Of a stretch of DNA of 64,000 nt, positions 9,523 through 18,954 are shown piece by piece. How positions within the stretch are numbered: position 1 is the stretch's first letter; each line of letters begins with the position of its first letter. Both the position numbers and the translations under genes were made by a program. The notes under the pieces are model-generated. The model had not been told where the DNA came from. It saw nothing but the letters and a program-made list of their open reading frames with translations, and did not search any database. Source of the DNA: Candidatus Multivoradales bacterium (lineage in GTDB: Bacteria > Acidobacteriota > Thermoanaerobaculia > Multivoradales > JAHEKO01); assembly GCA_965223855.1 (NCBI GenBank), contig CBDCXM010000009.1, positions 2,528,001-2,592,000 of the forward strand, written 5' to 3'.

Positions 9523-10476
9523 ATGAAGATCGCCATCGTCTTCCCCGGACAGGGGTCGCAGTACGTCGGTATGGGGAAGGGGTGGTGCGAGCGCTATCCG
9601 GCTGCCCGCGAAGTCTTCGAGGAGGCCGACGAGGCGCTCGGGGAGTCCTTGTCGACGCTGTGCTGGGAAGGCCCCGAGGAGGACCTCAGGCTGACCGCCA
9701 ACACCCAGCCGGCGATCCTGACCGCCTCGGTCGCGGCTCTCCGGGTGCTCGTCGACGGCCCGCTCGAAGAGCGCGGCCTGGAGACGGTCGTGATGGCCGG
9801 GCACAGCCTCGGCGAGTATTCGGCGCTCGTCGCCGCCGGTGTTCTCGAGTTTGCCGACGCGGTGCGGCTGGTGCGGCGCCGCGGCGAGCTGATGCAGGAG
9901 GCGGTGCCGGTCGGTCAGGGCGCGATGGCGGCGATCCTCGGGCTCGAGGACGAGGCCGTCAGGAAGGTCGTCGGGGAGGCCGGCAACGAGAACGAGGTGT
10001 GTGCCGTTGCCAACCTCAACTCTCCGGGTCAGGTCGTGATCGCCGGCCACGCCGGTGCCGTCGAGCGGGCGATCTCGCTCGCGCAGCAGGCCGGTGCCAG
10101 ACGGGCGGTTGCGCTTCCGGTGTCGGCGCCGTTCCACTCGCCGCTGATGGCACCGGCACGGGAGGGGCTGATGCCGTATCTCGAAGCTGTCAGGTTCGAC
10201 GATCCGGAGAAGCCGGTCGTGGTCAACATCGACGCCGCACCGGTCGCGAGCGGTGCAGCCGCCCGCGACGCGTTGGTCCGGCAGATCGACGGCCCGGTGC
10301 GCTGGGTCGAATCCGTGGAGGCGATGGCGACGCGCTTCGAGCCCGAGGCGTTCGTGGAAGTCGGTCCGGGCAATGTGCTCAGCGGTCTCGTGAAGCGGAT
10401 CGCGCGCGGGACGGTGACGGCGGCGATCTCGGAGCCCGACGACATCGAGAAGCTGCCCGGCGGGAGCGCAGCCTGA
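9523..10476 (+). CDS. fabD: Malonyl-CoA:ACP transacylase
   Basis: FPGQGSQ, TQPAI, GHSLGEY and VSAPFHS; GGAG RBS before ATG 9523. Confidence 0.96.
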   Translation: MKIAIVFPGQGSQYVGMGKGWCERYPAAREVFEEADEALGESLSTLCWEGPEEDLRLTANTQPAILTASVAALRVLVDGPLEERGLETVVMAGHSLGEYSALVAAGVLEFADAVRLVRRRGELMQEAVPVGQGAMAAILGLEDEAVRKVVGEAGNENEVCAVANLNSPGQVVIAGHAGAVERAISLAQQAGARRAVALPVSAPFHSPLMAPAREGLMPYLEAVRFDDPEKPVVVNIDAAPVASGAAARDALVRQIDGPVRWVESVEAMATRFEPEAFVEVGPGNVLSGLVKRIARGTVTAAISEPDDIEKLPGGSAA

Positions 10477-10489
10477 GGCTGCGTGGCTC

Positions 10490-10566
10490 GACAGCCGCAT
10501 CACCGGACGACAGCCGGATCACCTGAGGACTGCCGTGTCAGCAGAGACAGCCGTGTCACAAGAGAC
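10490..10566. repeat. Four degenerate 18-19 bp tandem repeats in the fabD-fabG spacer
   Basis: gacagccgcatcaccggac / gacagccggatcacctgag / gactgccgtgtcagcaga / gacagccgtgtcacaaga. Confidence 0.7.
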
Positions 10567-10587
10567 GAAGCCCGGGAGGCGAAACGG

Positions 10588-11340
10588 ATGAAGCTCTTCT
10601 CGTTGGAAGGAAGAAACGCCCTCGTGACGGGGGCGTCGCGCGGAATCGGAGAGGCGATCGCGCGGCGGCTGGCCGCCCAGGGGGCGAACGTCGTCCTGGC
10701 GGCTCGCAGCACCGATCGCCTCGAGGCGATCGCTGGTGAGATCGCCGCCGCCGGAGGGGGCGAGCCGTTTCCTCTCGCGCTCGATCTGACCGACCCGGAA
10801 GGGCTTCAGGGGGCACTCGACGCGATCCCGGACTCGCACAGGCCGCTCCACATTCTCGTCAACAACGCCGGCATCACCCGTGACAATCTGCTGGCGAGGA
10901 TGAAGCCGGACGAGTGGGACAGCGTGCTGGCGACGAACCTGACAGGTGCCTTCCAGCTCACGAAGGCGCTCGTCAGAGGCATGATGAAGGAGCGCTGGGG
11001 GCGGGTGATCTCGATCTCGTCGGTTGTCGGGCTGATGGGCAATCCCGGTCAGGCCAACTACGCTGCGGCGAAGGCCGGCCTGATCGGCTTTTCCAAGTCG
11101 ATCGCGCGCGAACTGGCGAGCCGCAACATCACGGTCAACGTGATCGCGCCCGGATACATCGAGACCGCGATGACGGCGGAGATCTCGGAGGAGGCCTCCC
11201 GGGAGCTGTTCGAGCGGATTCCGCTCGGCCGGCTGGGCGGCGTCGACGACATCGCCGCGGCCGCCGTGTACCTGGCCTCGGACGCCGCCGGCTACGTGAC
11301 CGGTGAGGTGTTGAACGTCTCCGGCGGGCTCTACATTTAG
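10588..11340 (+). CDS. fabG: 3-oxoacyl-ACP reductase
   Basis: TGASRGIG, NNAGITRD, YAAAK and IPLGRLG. Confidence 0.96.
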   Translation: MKLFSLEGRNALVTGASRGIGEAIARRLAAQGANVVLAARSTDRLEAIAGEIAAAGGGEPFPLALDLTDPEGLQGALDAIPDSHRPLHILVNNAGITRDNLLARMKPDEWDSVLATNLTGAFQLTKALVRGMMKERWGRVISISSVVGLMGNPGQANYAAAKAGLIGFSKSIARELASRNITVNVIAPGYIETAMTAEISEEASRELFERIPLGRLGGVDDIAAAAVYLASDAAGYVTGEVLNVSGGLYI

Positions 11341-11458
11341 CTCGAAGTTCCGCGATCCGGTGCCGGCGCCGAGCGATGACAAGCCGGGGCGCATGTGCTA
11401 AAACTCGCCCTCGGCAAGCTCTTGCCGCATTTTCAAACCCTCAGGAGGGCTCCCCAAG

Positions 11459-11692
11459 ATGTCTGTCTCAGATTCCGTCAAGAACATCATCGCCGAGCAG
11501 CTCGGCGTGGAAAAGGACGAAGCGACCCCCGAGGCGAGCTTCACCGAGGATCTCGGAGCCGACTCGCTCGACATCGTGGAGCTGGTGATGGCCTTCGAGG
11601 AGGAGTTCGAGATCGAGATTCCCGACGAGCACGCCGAGAAGATCTCCACCGTGAAGGACGCGGTCTCCTACATCGAGAACGCCAAGGCCTGA
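11459..11692 (+). CDS. acpP: Acyl carrier protein
   Basis: [20 protein letters not shown]; AGGAGG RBS. Confidence 0.97.
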   Translation: MSVSDSVKNIIAEQLGVEKDEATPEASFTEDLGADSLDIVELVMAFEEEFEIEIPDEHAEKISTVKDAVSYIENAKA

Positions 11693-11719
11693 CGGCCGCT
11701 CTCTGCGGAGAGAACCGAC

Positions 11720-12967
11720 ATGACGCAGCGGCGCGTCGTCGTGACGGGAGTGGGGCTGGTGTCCCCGCTCGCGATCGGCACTCGCGAGACGTGGGAGGCC
11801 CTCCTCGCGGGTCGCAGTGGGATCGGAACCGTGACCCGGTTCGATGCCTCGGAGTATCCGAGTCGCATCGCCGGTGAGGTGAAGGGGTTCGATCCGGCTG
11901 ACTTCATCGCCGACCGCAAGGAGATCAAGAAGGGGGACACGTTCATCCACTACGCCGTGGCGGCGGCGGAGATGGCGATGTCGGAGTCCGGTCTCGAAGT
12001 GACCGAGGCCAACGCCGAGCGGGTCGGCGTGATCATCGGCGCCGGGATCGGCGGGTTGCCGCTCATCGAGGCGACGCACAAGACCCTCCTGGAGCGAGGG
12101 CCCGGCCGCGTATCGCCGTTCTTCATTCCCGGCCTCATCGCGAACATGCCCGCCGGGCAGATTTCGATCCGATACGGAGCCAGAGGCCCCAATTCGGCCC
12201 CGTGCACAGCCTGCACCACCGGTGTCCACGCGGTGGGGGATGCCTTCCGCCAGATCCAGTTCGGGTTCGCCGACGCCATGATCGCCGGTGGTACCGAGTC
12301 GGTCATCACGCCGCTGGCGCTGGGTGGATTCGCCGCGATGAAGGCACTCTCGACGCGTAACGACGAGCCCGAGCGTGCCTCCCGCCCATGGGACAAGGAC
12401 CGAGACGGCTTCGTCATCGGTGAAGGAGCGGGCATCCTGGTGCTCGAAGAGCTCGAGCAGGCTCGAAGCCGGGGAGCCGAGATCTACGCCGAGGTGATCG
12501 GCTACGGCATGAGCGGCGATGCGTACCACATCTCGGCGCCGCACCCCGAAGGTCTCGGCGCCGCCGCCGTGATGCGCAACGCGATTGCCGATGCCGGGAT
12601 CGAACCCGAAGAGGTCGGCTACATCAATGCGCACGGCACCTCGACTCCGCTCGGCGACATCGGTGAGGTGAAGGCGATCAAGCAGGTCTTCGGCGATCAC
12701 GCCTACCGGCTGGCGGTCTCCTCCACGAAGTCGGCAACGGGACACCTGCTGGGTGCCGCCGGCGGCCTCGAGTCCGGGATCCTGGCACTCGCGGTGCGCC
12801 ATCAAACGTTGCCGGCGACGCTCAATCTCGAAGAGCCGGGCGAGGAGTGCGATCTCGACTTCGTACCCCTCGAGGCGCGCACGGCCGATCTCAGCGTCGG
12901 CCTGACGAATTCGTTCGGTTTCGGCGGCACCAACGGCGCTCTCGCAATGCGTCGCTGGGACGGCTGA
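11720..12967 (+). CDS. fabF: Beta-ketoacyl-ACP synthase II
   Basis: RRVVVTGVG, TACTTG, NAHGTST, TGHLLGAAG and NSFGFGGTN. Confidence 0.96.
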   Translation: MTQRRVVVTGVGLVSPLAIGTRETWEALLAGRSGIGTVTRFDASEYPSRIAGEVKGFDPADFIADRKEIKKGDTFIHYAVAAAEMAMSESGLEVTEANAERVGVIIGAGIGGLPLIEATHKTLLERGPGRVSPFFIPGLIANMPAGQISIRYGARGPNSAPCTACTTGVHAVGDAFRQIQFGFADAMIAGGTESVITPLALGGFAAMKALSTRNDEPERASRPWDKDRDGFVIGEGAGILVLEELEQARSRGAEIYAEVIGYGMSGDAYHISAPHPEGLGAAAVMRNAIADAGIEPEEVGYINAHGTSTPLGDIGEVKAIKQVFGDHAYRLAVSSTKSATGHLLGAAGGLESGILALAVRHQTLPATLNLEEPGEECDLDFVPLEARTADLSVGLTNSFGFGGTNGALAMRRWDG

Positions 12968-13134
12968 TCGGGCGGACCGCTAACCGTCCCCCTGTCGGAC
13001 GAGCCTCCTTCGCCTCCAGCCGTGGGGACGGCGAAACTCCATCGTCGTCGCCTACGTAGGGCGGTGGGAGCAGGCGACGCCCGGCGGATGTGAGCGGTCG
13101 GCGGCGTGCTGCCGCGAGAGGAGATCGGCAACGG

Positions 13135-14841
13135 ATGAGTGGCTCCAACGAACACAGCCGAGGAGAACGGGCCTTGAGGCTCTGGCCGGGGGTCTCGATC
13201 GTCGCCCTGCAATGGAGCGTCTGGTGGCTACTGCCGCTTCTGGTGGCCGGAACCGTCGCCGGCTACGGTGCCGTCCTCGGTGCCGCCGCCGGCTGGCTGC
13301 TGGCGATGGTCTGGTGGGTCGGGTTCAGCAAGGCGCCGGCGATCGAGCGACTGCTGGCACCGCTGGCCATGGCGGCCGGCGGCGCGGCGACGTTGCCGTT
13401 GCTCGACGAGTCGGTTCGAACCGCCGGGCAGGGAATGCTCTTCTACTTCACGGTCCTTCCATGGCTCTCGCTCGCGCTCGTCGGCTGGGCGGTCTGGAGC
13501 CAGGGTCGTTCGCACCGGAAGGCCCGCATCGGGCTGGTCGTCGCTGTGGCGGCAGTCTTCGCCGGCTGGCTGTGCGTCCGTATGGAGGGAACCCACTCGC
13601 TGGGCGCTCACTACGCCTGGCGCTGGGCGCCGACGGCCGAGGAGCGATTGCTCGGCCTGCCCGCTGATCAGGTCGCGGCCCGGGCGGACGGCACCGCGAG
13701 CAGCGCCGCTCTCTGGCCGGGCTTTCGTGGCCCGAGCCGCGACGGCATCGTCCCCTCGACCCGCATCGAGACGGACTGGACGGCATCTCCACCTCGCGAG
13801 CGCTGGCGCCGACCGGTCGGGCCCGGTTGGTCGTCGTTCGCGGTCGGCGGCGATCTGCTCTACACCCAGGAACAGCGTGGTGACGAGGAGTGGGTGAGCT
13901 GTTACCGGTTGAGCAGCGGCGAGCCGGTCTGGCACCACGCGAGCCCGGCCCGCTTCTGGGAGGCCAACGCCGGTGCCGGCCCGCGAGGGACGCCGACTCT
14001 GGAGAACGGTGTCGTCTATTCGCTGGGCGCGACGGGGCTACTGAACGCCCTGGACGCGGTGAATGGTCGTCTGCGATGGTCGCGCGACGTTTCTGCCGAC
14101 ACCGGCGAAGAGATCCCGATCTGGGGCTTCTCGGCTTCGCCGCTGTTGCTCGACGGTCGGCTGTACGTCGCCGCGGCGGGGCGTTTGGTGGCTTACGAGG
14201 CGGCATCGGGTGAGCTCGCCTGGCTCGGTCCGGAAGGGGGCAACGGCTACAGCTCACCTCATCGGATGGAGTTCGAAGGGGCGGCACACGTCGTTCTCCT
14301 GGGTGGCGAGGGGGCGGCCGGATTCGATCCCGAGAGCGGAGAGCTGCTGTGGCGGCAGGAGTGGCCCGGCTTCCCGATCGTCCAGCCGGCGACGGCGGCG
14401 AACGGCGACCTGCTGATCGGCAGCGACCAGACCGGACTCGGCCGCTACCGGATCTCGAGCGCTGCCGGCGGTTGGAGCTCCGAGGAGCGCTGGCAGTCGA
14501 ACCGTCTCAAGCCCTACTTCAGTGACTACGTCGTGCACGAAGGACACGCCTACGGCTTCGACGGGAATATCCTGGCGGCGGTCGATCTGGCGGACGGCGA
14601 GCGCCGCTGGAAGGGCGGGCGCTACGGCCACGGCCAGTTGTTGCTGCTCGCCGACCGTGACCTGCTGCTGGTTCTGACCGAGAAGGGAGAGCTGGCGCTC
14701 GTCGCGGCACGGCCGGACGGCTTCGAGGAGATCGCCCGTCGCCCGGTGCTCGGCGGCAAGACCTGGAATCACCCGGTACTGGTCGAGGGAGTGCTGCTGG
14801 TGCGCAACGGCGAGGAGATGGCGGCTTTCGACGTCGGTTGA
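13135..14841 (+). CDS. Membrane protein with PQQ-binding-like (BamB-type) beta-propeller
   Basis: N-terminal TM helices; WPGFRGP, GPRGTP, GFSASP, GYSSP and KTWNHP. Confidence 0.85.
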   Translation: MSGSNEHSRGERALRLWPGVSIVALQWSVWWLLPLLVAGTVAGYGAVLGAAAGWLLAMVWWVGFSKAPAIERLLAPLAMAAGGAATLPLLDESVRTAGQGMLFYFTVLPWLSLALVGWAVWSQGRSHRKARIGLVVAVAAVFAGWLCVRMEGTHSLGAHYAWRWAPTAEERLLGLPADQVAARADGTASSAALWPGFRGPSRDGIVPSTRIETDWTASPPRERWRRPVGPGWSSFAVGGDLLYTQEQRGDEEWVSCYRLSSGEPVWHHASPARFWEANAGAGPRGTPTLENGVVYSLGATGLLNALDAVNGRLRWSRDVSADTGEEIPIWGFSASPLLLDGRLYVAAAGRLVAYEAASGELAWLGPEGGNGYSSPHRMEFEGAAHVVLLGGEGAAGFDPESGELLWRQEWPGFPIVQPATAANGDLLIGSDQTGLGRYRISSAAGGWSSEERWQSNRLKPYFSDYVVHEGHAYGFDGNILAAVDLADGERRWKGGRYGHGQLLLLADRDLLLVLTEKGELALVAARPDGFEEIARRPVLGGKTWNHPVLVEGVLLVRNGEEMAAFDVG

Positions 14842-14878
14842 GCCGGTGATCCTGCTGGGGATCGCCTGGGGAGTCGGC

Positions 14879-17800
14879 TCAGTGGAAGTCGTGGCTCGGC
14901 GCCGCGACCAGCTTCGCCAGCGGCCAGAACTTCTCGGCCTTGATCGAGTAACTGCCGTCACGCTGTTCGAGGATGCCCTCGACCACGAGGCCCGAAGAGC
15001 CGACGAGCGTCGTCCGGTGCTCCTGGAGCTGCTGTGGGGTGACGATCGCCTGTGACATGCCGGTTTCGTCTTCGAGGGTGACGAACAGCATCCCCTTGGC
15101 GGTTCCGGGACGCTGGCGCACGATGATCGAGCCGGCGGTCCGCACGCGGCTGCCGGGGGCGACCCGGCCGAGCAGTGCGGCCGGGAGAATCCTGTGTTTG
15201 CGCAGCTCCCCGCGCAGGTACTCGATCGGGTGCCTGCCGGTGGTGAGCCCCGCTGTGGCGTAGTCGGCGAGCGTCTCCTCGAAAGGGGTCATCTCGGGGA
15301 GCGGCCCCTGCGACGGTGGTGAGGCCGGGTCGCCTTCGGGGTCCGCCCTGTCGGCCGGAGAGGCGTTGCGCAGCAGTGGGCCGGTCGGCCGCGCGGCCGC
15401 CGCCACCTGCCACTGCGCGGCTCGGCGTGTGAGCCCCATGGAGCCGAGAGCGCCGACGTCGGCGAGCGCTGCCAGCTCGTCGTCGGGCAGGGTGGTTCGC
15501 GCGGCGAGCTCCTCGGCGTCACGGAACCTGCCGCCGGCCGCGCGCTGCTCGATCAGCGCCTCGGCCGACTCACGCCGCAACCCCTGGACGTAGCGCAGGC
15601 CGATGCGCGCGGCTCCGGCGGCGGCCTCCTTTCGGGAAGGGTTGTCGGGAGGGTCTTCCCAGGTGCAGTTCCAGGCGGAGTGGTTGACGTCGATCGGCAG
15701 CACCGTGACGCCGTGGCGCTGCGAGTCCTTGATCAGCGTCGCCGGGTGGTAGAAGCCCATCGGCCACGCGTTGAGCAGGGCGATGAGGAAGGCGGTCGGA
15801 TGGTGCGCCTTGAGATACGCGCTGGCGTAGGCGATGAGAGCGAAGCTTGCGGCATGCGACTCGGGAAAGCCGTAGAGGGCGAACGAGGTGATCGAGTCGA
15901 CGATCTCCTCCTGGGCCGCGCCGACGATGCCGCGTTCGGTCATCCCGCGGCGCAGGTTTTCTTCGAGCTGGCCCATCCTTTCGGTCGAGCGTTTGAACCC
16001 CATCGCCCGCCGCAGCTCCTCGGCCTGGCCGCCGGTGAATCCGGCCGCCTCCATTGCGATGCGGATGATCTGCTCCTGAAAGAGCACCACTCCGAGAGTG
16101 CGTTCGAGGATCGGCTCGAGGCACGGATGGGGGTAGGCGACCGGCTGCCGCCCTCGCCGGCGCTCGAAGTACGGATTCACCATGCCGCCGACGATCGGCC
16201 CCGGGCGGATGATCGCCACCTGGATGACGAGGTCGTAGAAGGTCTTCGGCGAATTGCGGGGCAGCGAAGCCATCTGCGCCCGGCTCTCGACCTGGAAGAC
16301 GCCCACGGTGTCGGCGGCGCACAGCATCTCGTAGGTCTTCGGGTCGTCCGGGGGCAGATGGGCGAGATCGACCGCCGTCTTCTCGTGGGTGCGGATGAGC
16401 GGAATCGCCTCCTCGAGCGCCTGCAGCATGCCGAGCCCGAGCAGGTCGACCTTGATGATTCCCAGGTCGGCGCAGTCGTCCTTGTCCCACTGCACGACGA
16501 CCCGGCCCTCCATGGCGGCGGGCTCGAGGGGGACGACCTCGTCGAGCCTGTCGGCGGCGATCACCATGCCGCCGGAGTGCTGGCCGAGATGGCGCGGCAG
16601 GTTCTGGATCCGCTGCCAGAAGGTGGCGAAAAGGAGGATCCGCGGGTCGTCGGCGTCGAACCCGGCGGAGGCGAGCTCCTCCGCGAGCACCTTCGGGTCG
16701 CCACGGCTCTTGTCGTAGTGCCAGCGGCCGAACTGCTTGGCGAGCCTGTCGACCTGCTGCGGCGAGTAGCCGAGCGCCTTGGCGACCTCGCGGGCGGCCG
16801 AGCGATCGCGGTAGGTGATGACGTTGGCGGTCATCGCCGCGCCGTGCGGACCGTAGCGCTCGTAGACGTACTGAATCACCTTCTCCCGCTGGTCGCCCGA
16901 CGGCAGGTCGAGGTCGATGTCCGGCCATTCGCCGCGTTCCTCGGAGAGGAAGCGCTCGAAGAGCAGCTGCATCTTCACCGGATCGACGGCGGTGATCGAC
17001 AGCGCGTAGCAGACGGCGCTGTTGGCCGCCGAACCGCGCCCCTGGACGAGGATGTCCTCGCGTTTGCAGAACTGGATCAGGTCGCGAACGATCAGGAAGT
17101 AGCCGGCGAGGTCGAGCCGGTCGATCATGTCGAGCTCTCTGGCGAGCTGCGCCTGGGCGCGTGCGGTCATCGGCCGGAAGCGCGACAGCGCTTCGCTCCA
17201 GGTGACCTGGCGCAGATAGGAACTCGCCGTCTCTCCCGGCGGCAGAGGGTAATCGGGGAAGCGGTAGCCGAGATCGGCGAGCGTGAAGTCGAGTCGCTCG
17301 GCCAGCTCGGTGCTGGAGGCGACGGCGCGGGGGAGGTCGGCGAAGAGCTGTGCCATCTCGTCACCCGACTTGAGCGACCGTTCGCGCTGCGCGGCGAGCA
17401 GCCGACCGGCCTCGTCGAGGTGCGTATGGCAGCGGATGCAGGTCAGAATGTCGTGGAGGTCCTTGTCCCGCGGCCGGGCGTAGCGGACCCCGTTGGTCGC
17501 CACGAGCGGCAGGCGGAGAGAAGCGGCGAGACCGACGAGCGCCTGATTGCGCCACTCCTCGTGCCGGCGTCGATGGCGTTGCAGCTCGACGTGCAGCCGG
17601 CCGTCGAACAGGTGCGCGAGCCGCTCCAGGGTGCGGCGGGCTTGCTCGAGCCGGTCGCTTTCGAGCCGGTCGCTCTCGAGCGCCCGGGCGATCGGCCCTT
17701 CGTCGCCGCCGCTCAGGCAGTGCAGTCCTTCGGCGTGAGCGGCGATCGTCTCCCAGTCCGCCGCCGCCTCGCCCTTGGGTCGCCCTCGGGCGGCGGCGGT

Positions 17801-18442
17801 GAGCAGCCGGCACAGGTTGCGATACCCGCGCCGGCTATCTACCAGCACTGTCAATCTTGTTTCTGGCAATCTTGTCTCTGGCAGCCGGGTTTCCGGCGGC
17901 GGCTCACAGGTCTCGGGAGAAAAGAGCGAGGCGCCGCCCGGTGCGCGGAGGGCGGACGGGAACTCGTCCGCCTTCTCGAAGGAGAGTGGGCGGTCTCCAT
18001 CGCAGCGGGCGACGCCTCGAGTTTCCGGAGTGGGACGGGTCGAAAGGGAATCAGCAGCGCCGGGAGGCAGCGGCGATTCGAGAACGATTTCCGCCCCCAC
18101 CAGCGCCTGCAGGCCGGCCTCCTTCGCCGCCTTGTAGAACCGCGGCGCACCGTACACCCCGTTGCGATCGACGAGCGCGACCGCCGGCAACCCCAGCTCG
18201 GCCGCCCGCGCGACCAGATCTTCCGGCTGCGAGGCACCGTCGAGGAAGCTGAACGAAGAGGCGGAGCGCAGTTCGGCGTAGGGAAGCGAAGGGCGGCTCG
18301 AGCGATACCGGCGCTTCTGCAGCTCCAGCTTCCGCGCCCCGGGCGAAGTCGTGATGCGCTCGATCGGATCCCGATCCTCACTACTCCTGCGGACGGGCTG
18401 GTGAGTCTCGAAGGGGTTGCCGGGTCGCTTGCGGTACATCAT
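14879..18442 (-). CDS. dnaE2: Error-prone DNA polymerase DnaE2 (ImuC)
   Basis: SFSFLDGAS PHP start, QGRGSAANS, PDIDLD, PRHLGQHSGG, QWDKDDC, YGFPESHAASF, RQRPGTAKG and C-terminal SHDFH (DnaE2 S[RH]DF[HR] tail). Confidence 0.95.
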   Translation of the reverse strand: MMYRKRPGNPFETHQPVRRSSEDRDPIERITTSPGARKLELQKRRYRSSRPSLPYAELRSASSFSFLDGASQPEDLVARAAELGLPAVALVDRNGVYGAPRFYKAAKEAGLQALVGAEIVLESPLPPGAADSLSTRPTPETRGVARCDGDRPLSFEKADEFPSALRAPGGASLFSPETCEPPPETRLPETRLPETRLTVLVDSRRGYRNLCRLLTAAARGRPKGEAAADWETIAAHAEGLHCLSGGDEGPIARALESDRLESDRLEQARRTLERLAHLFDGRLHVELQRHRRRHEEWRNQALVGLAASLRLPLVATNGVRYARPRDKDLHDILTCIRCHTHLDEAGRLLAAQRERSLKSGDEMAQLFADLPRAVASSTELAERLDFTLADLGYRFPDYPLPPGETASSYLRQVTWSEALSRFRPMTARAQAQLARELDMIDRLDLAGYFLIVRDLIQFCKREDILVQGRGSAANSAVCYALSITAVDPVKMQLLFERFLSEERGEWPDIDLDLPSGDQREKVIQYVYERYGPHGAAMTANVITYRDRSAAREVAKALGYSPQQVDRLAKQFGRWHYDKSRGDPKVLAEELASAGFDADDPRILLFATFWQRIQNLPRHLGQHSGGMVIAADRLDEVVPLEPAAMEGRVVVQWDKDDCADLGIIKVDLLGLGMLQALEEAIPLIRTHEKTAVDLAHLPPDDPKTYEMLCAADTVGVFQVESRAQMASLPRNSPKTFYDLVIQVAIIRPGPIVGGMVNPYFERRRGRQPVAYPHPCLEPILERTLGVVLFQEQIIRIAMEAAGFTGGQAEELRRAMGFKRSTERMGQLEENLRRGMTERGIVGAAQEEIVDSITSFALYGFPESHAASFALIAYASAYLKAHHPTAFLIALLNAWPMGFYHPATLIKDSQRHGVTVLPIDVNHSAWNCTWEDPPDNPSRKEAAAGAARIGLRYVQGLRRESAEALIEQRAAGGRFRDAEELAARTTLPDDELAALADVGALGSMGLTRRAAQWQVAAAARPTGPLLRNASPADRADPEGDPASPPSQGPLPEMTPFEETLADYATAGLTTGRHPIEYLRGELRKHRILPAALLGRVAPGSRVRTAGSIIVRQRPGTAKGMLFVTLEDETGMSQAIVTPQQLQEHRTTLVGSSGLVVEGILEQRDGSYSIKAEKFWPLAKLVAAPSHDFH
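17852..17896 (-). repeat. 15-bp coding tandem repeat x3 (PETRL) within dnaE2
   Basis: caatcttgtttctgg / caatcttgtctctgg / cagccgggtttccgg. Confidence 0.85.
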
Positions 18443-18452
18443 GGGGAGAAGG

Positions 18453-18481
18453 AGTGTAGGCGTAAATAAAGCGTAAATCAA
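18453..18481 (-). promoter_or_regulatory. dnaE2 promoter overlapped by direct repeat GCGTAAAT-N3-GCGTAAAT (putative SOS operator)
   Basis: Minus strand TTGATT (18481-18476), 17 bp, TACACT (18458-18453); repeats at 18460-18467 and 18471-18478. Confidence 0.75.
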
Positions 18482-18544
18482 GTGAAAGCCACCGCGATCC
18501 GAGAAAAGAAGGCAGGCAGGGGTTCAGTCCCGCCCTCGAACCCC

Positions 18545-18954
18545 GATGGTCAGACCGCCAGAGCTTTCCAGGTAGAGCAGGACGGGGCATGGGCAGAGGG
18601 GTCGGTCTCTTTCCGCCGACCCGAAGCCCTTCGCCAGGCCAGGATCTCGTATTGCGCCGGAGTTCCAGTGACAGGGTACCTATTCACTGCGCACAGTCCG
18701 GCCTACTCAGCCTCGGCAGGCAGACCGGCGTTCCCAGGTACGGAATTCAGTAACCTGTCACCGAAACTCCTGATGGTGAGACCACCAGAGCCCTCCAGGT
18801 AGAGCAGGACGGAGTCCGGCGGAGGTCGGCTTCCTTACGCCCTACCCGGAGCCTTTGGCCGGGGCTGTCGGAGTCCGCAACGGGTTCTGCTCGAAGAGGG
18901 GGAGTCTTCTCCGAGTGCCGAGCGTCAAGATGGGTATCCTGTCACCGGAACTCC
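18545..18954. repeat. Intergenic repeat cluster: two 41-bp direct repeats and three 21-bp REP-like units
   Basis: 18545-18585 vs 18772-18812 match at 37/41. GGAGTTYCRGTGACAGGDTAC at 18659-18679 (+), 18750-18770 (-) and 18934-18954 (-). Confidence 0.75.

Noticed and set aside
7467-12967. Polyketide or aryl-polyene cluster
   Set aside because: Standard type II fatty-acid synthesis operon with rpmF-plsX and no tailoring genes.
17858-18079. Intein in dnaE2
   Set aside because: Too short and lacks the N-terminal Cys/Ser block and the C-terminal His-Asn.
18482-18802. 106-aa plus-strand ORF in the repeat cluster
   Set aside because: Runs through repeats, atypical codon use and no recognisable motif.
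18545-18812. 41-bp repeats, and the 16-bp arrays at 52354 and 55997, as CRISPR
   Set aside because: Only two copies with a 186-bp gap, or tandem with no spacers; no cas genes.
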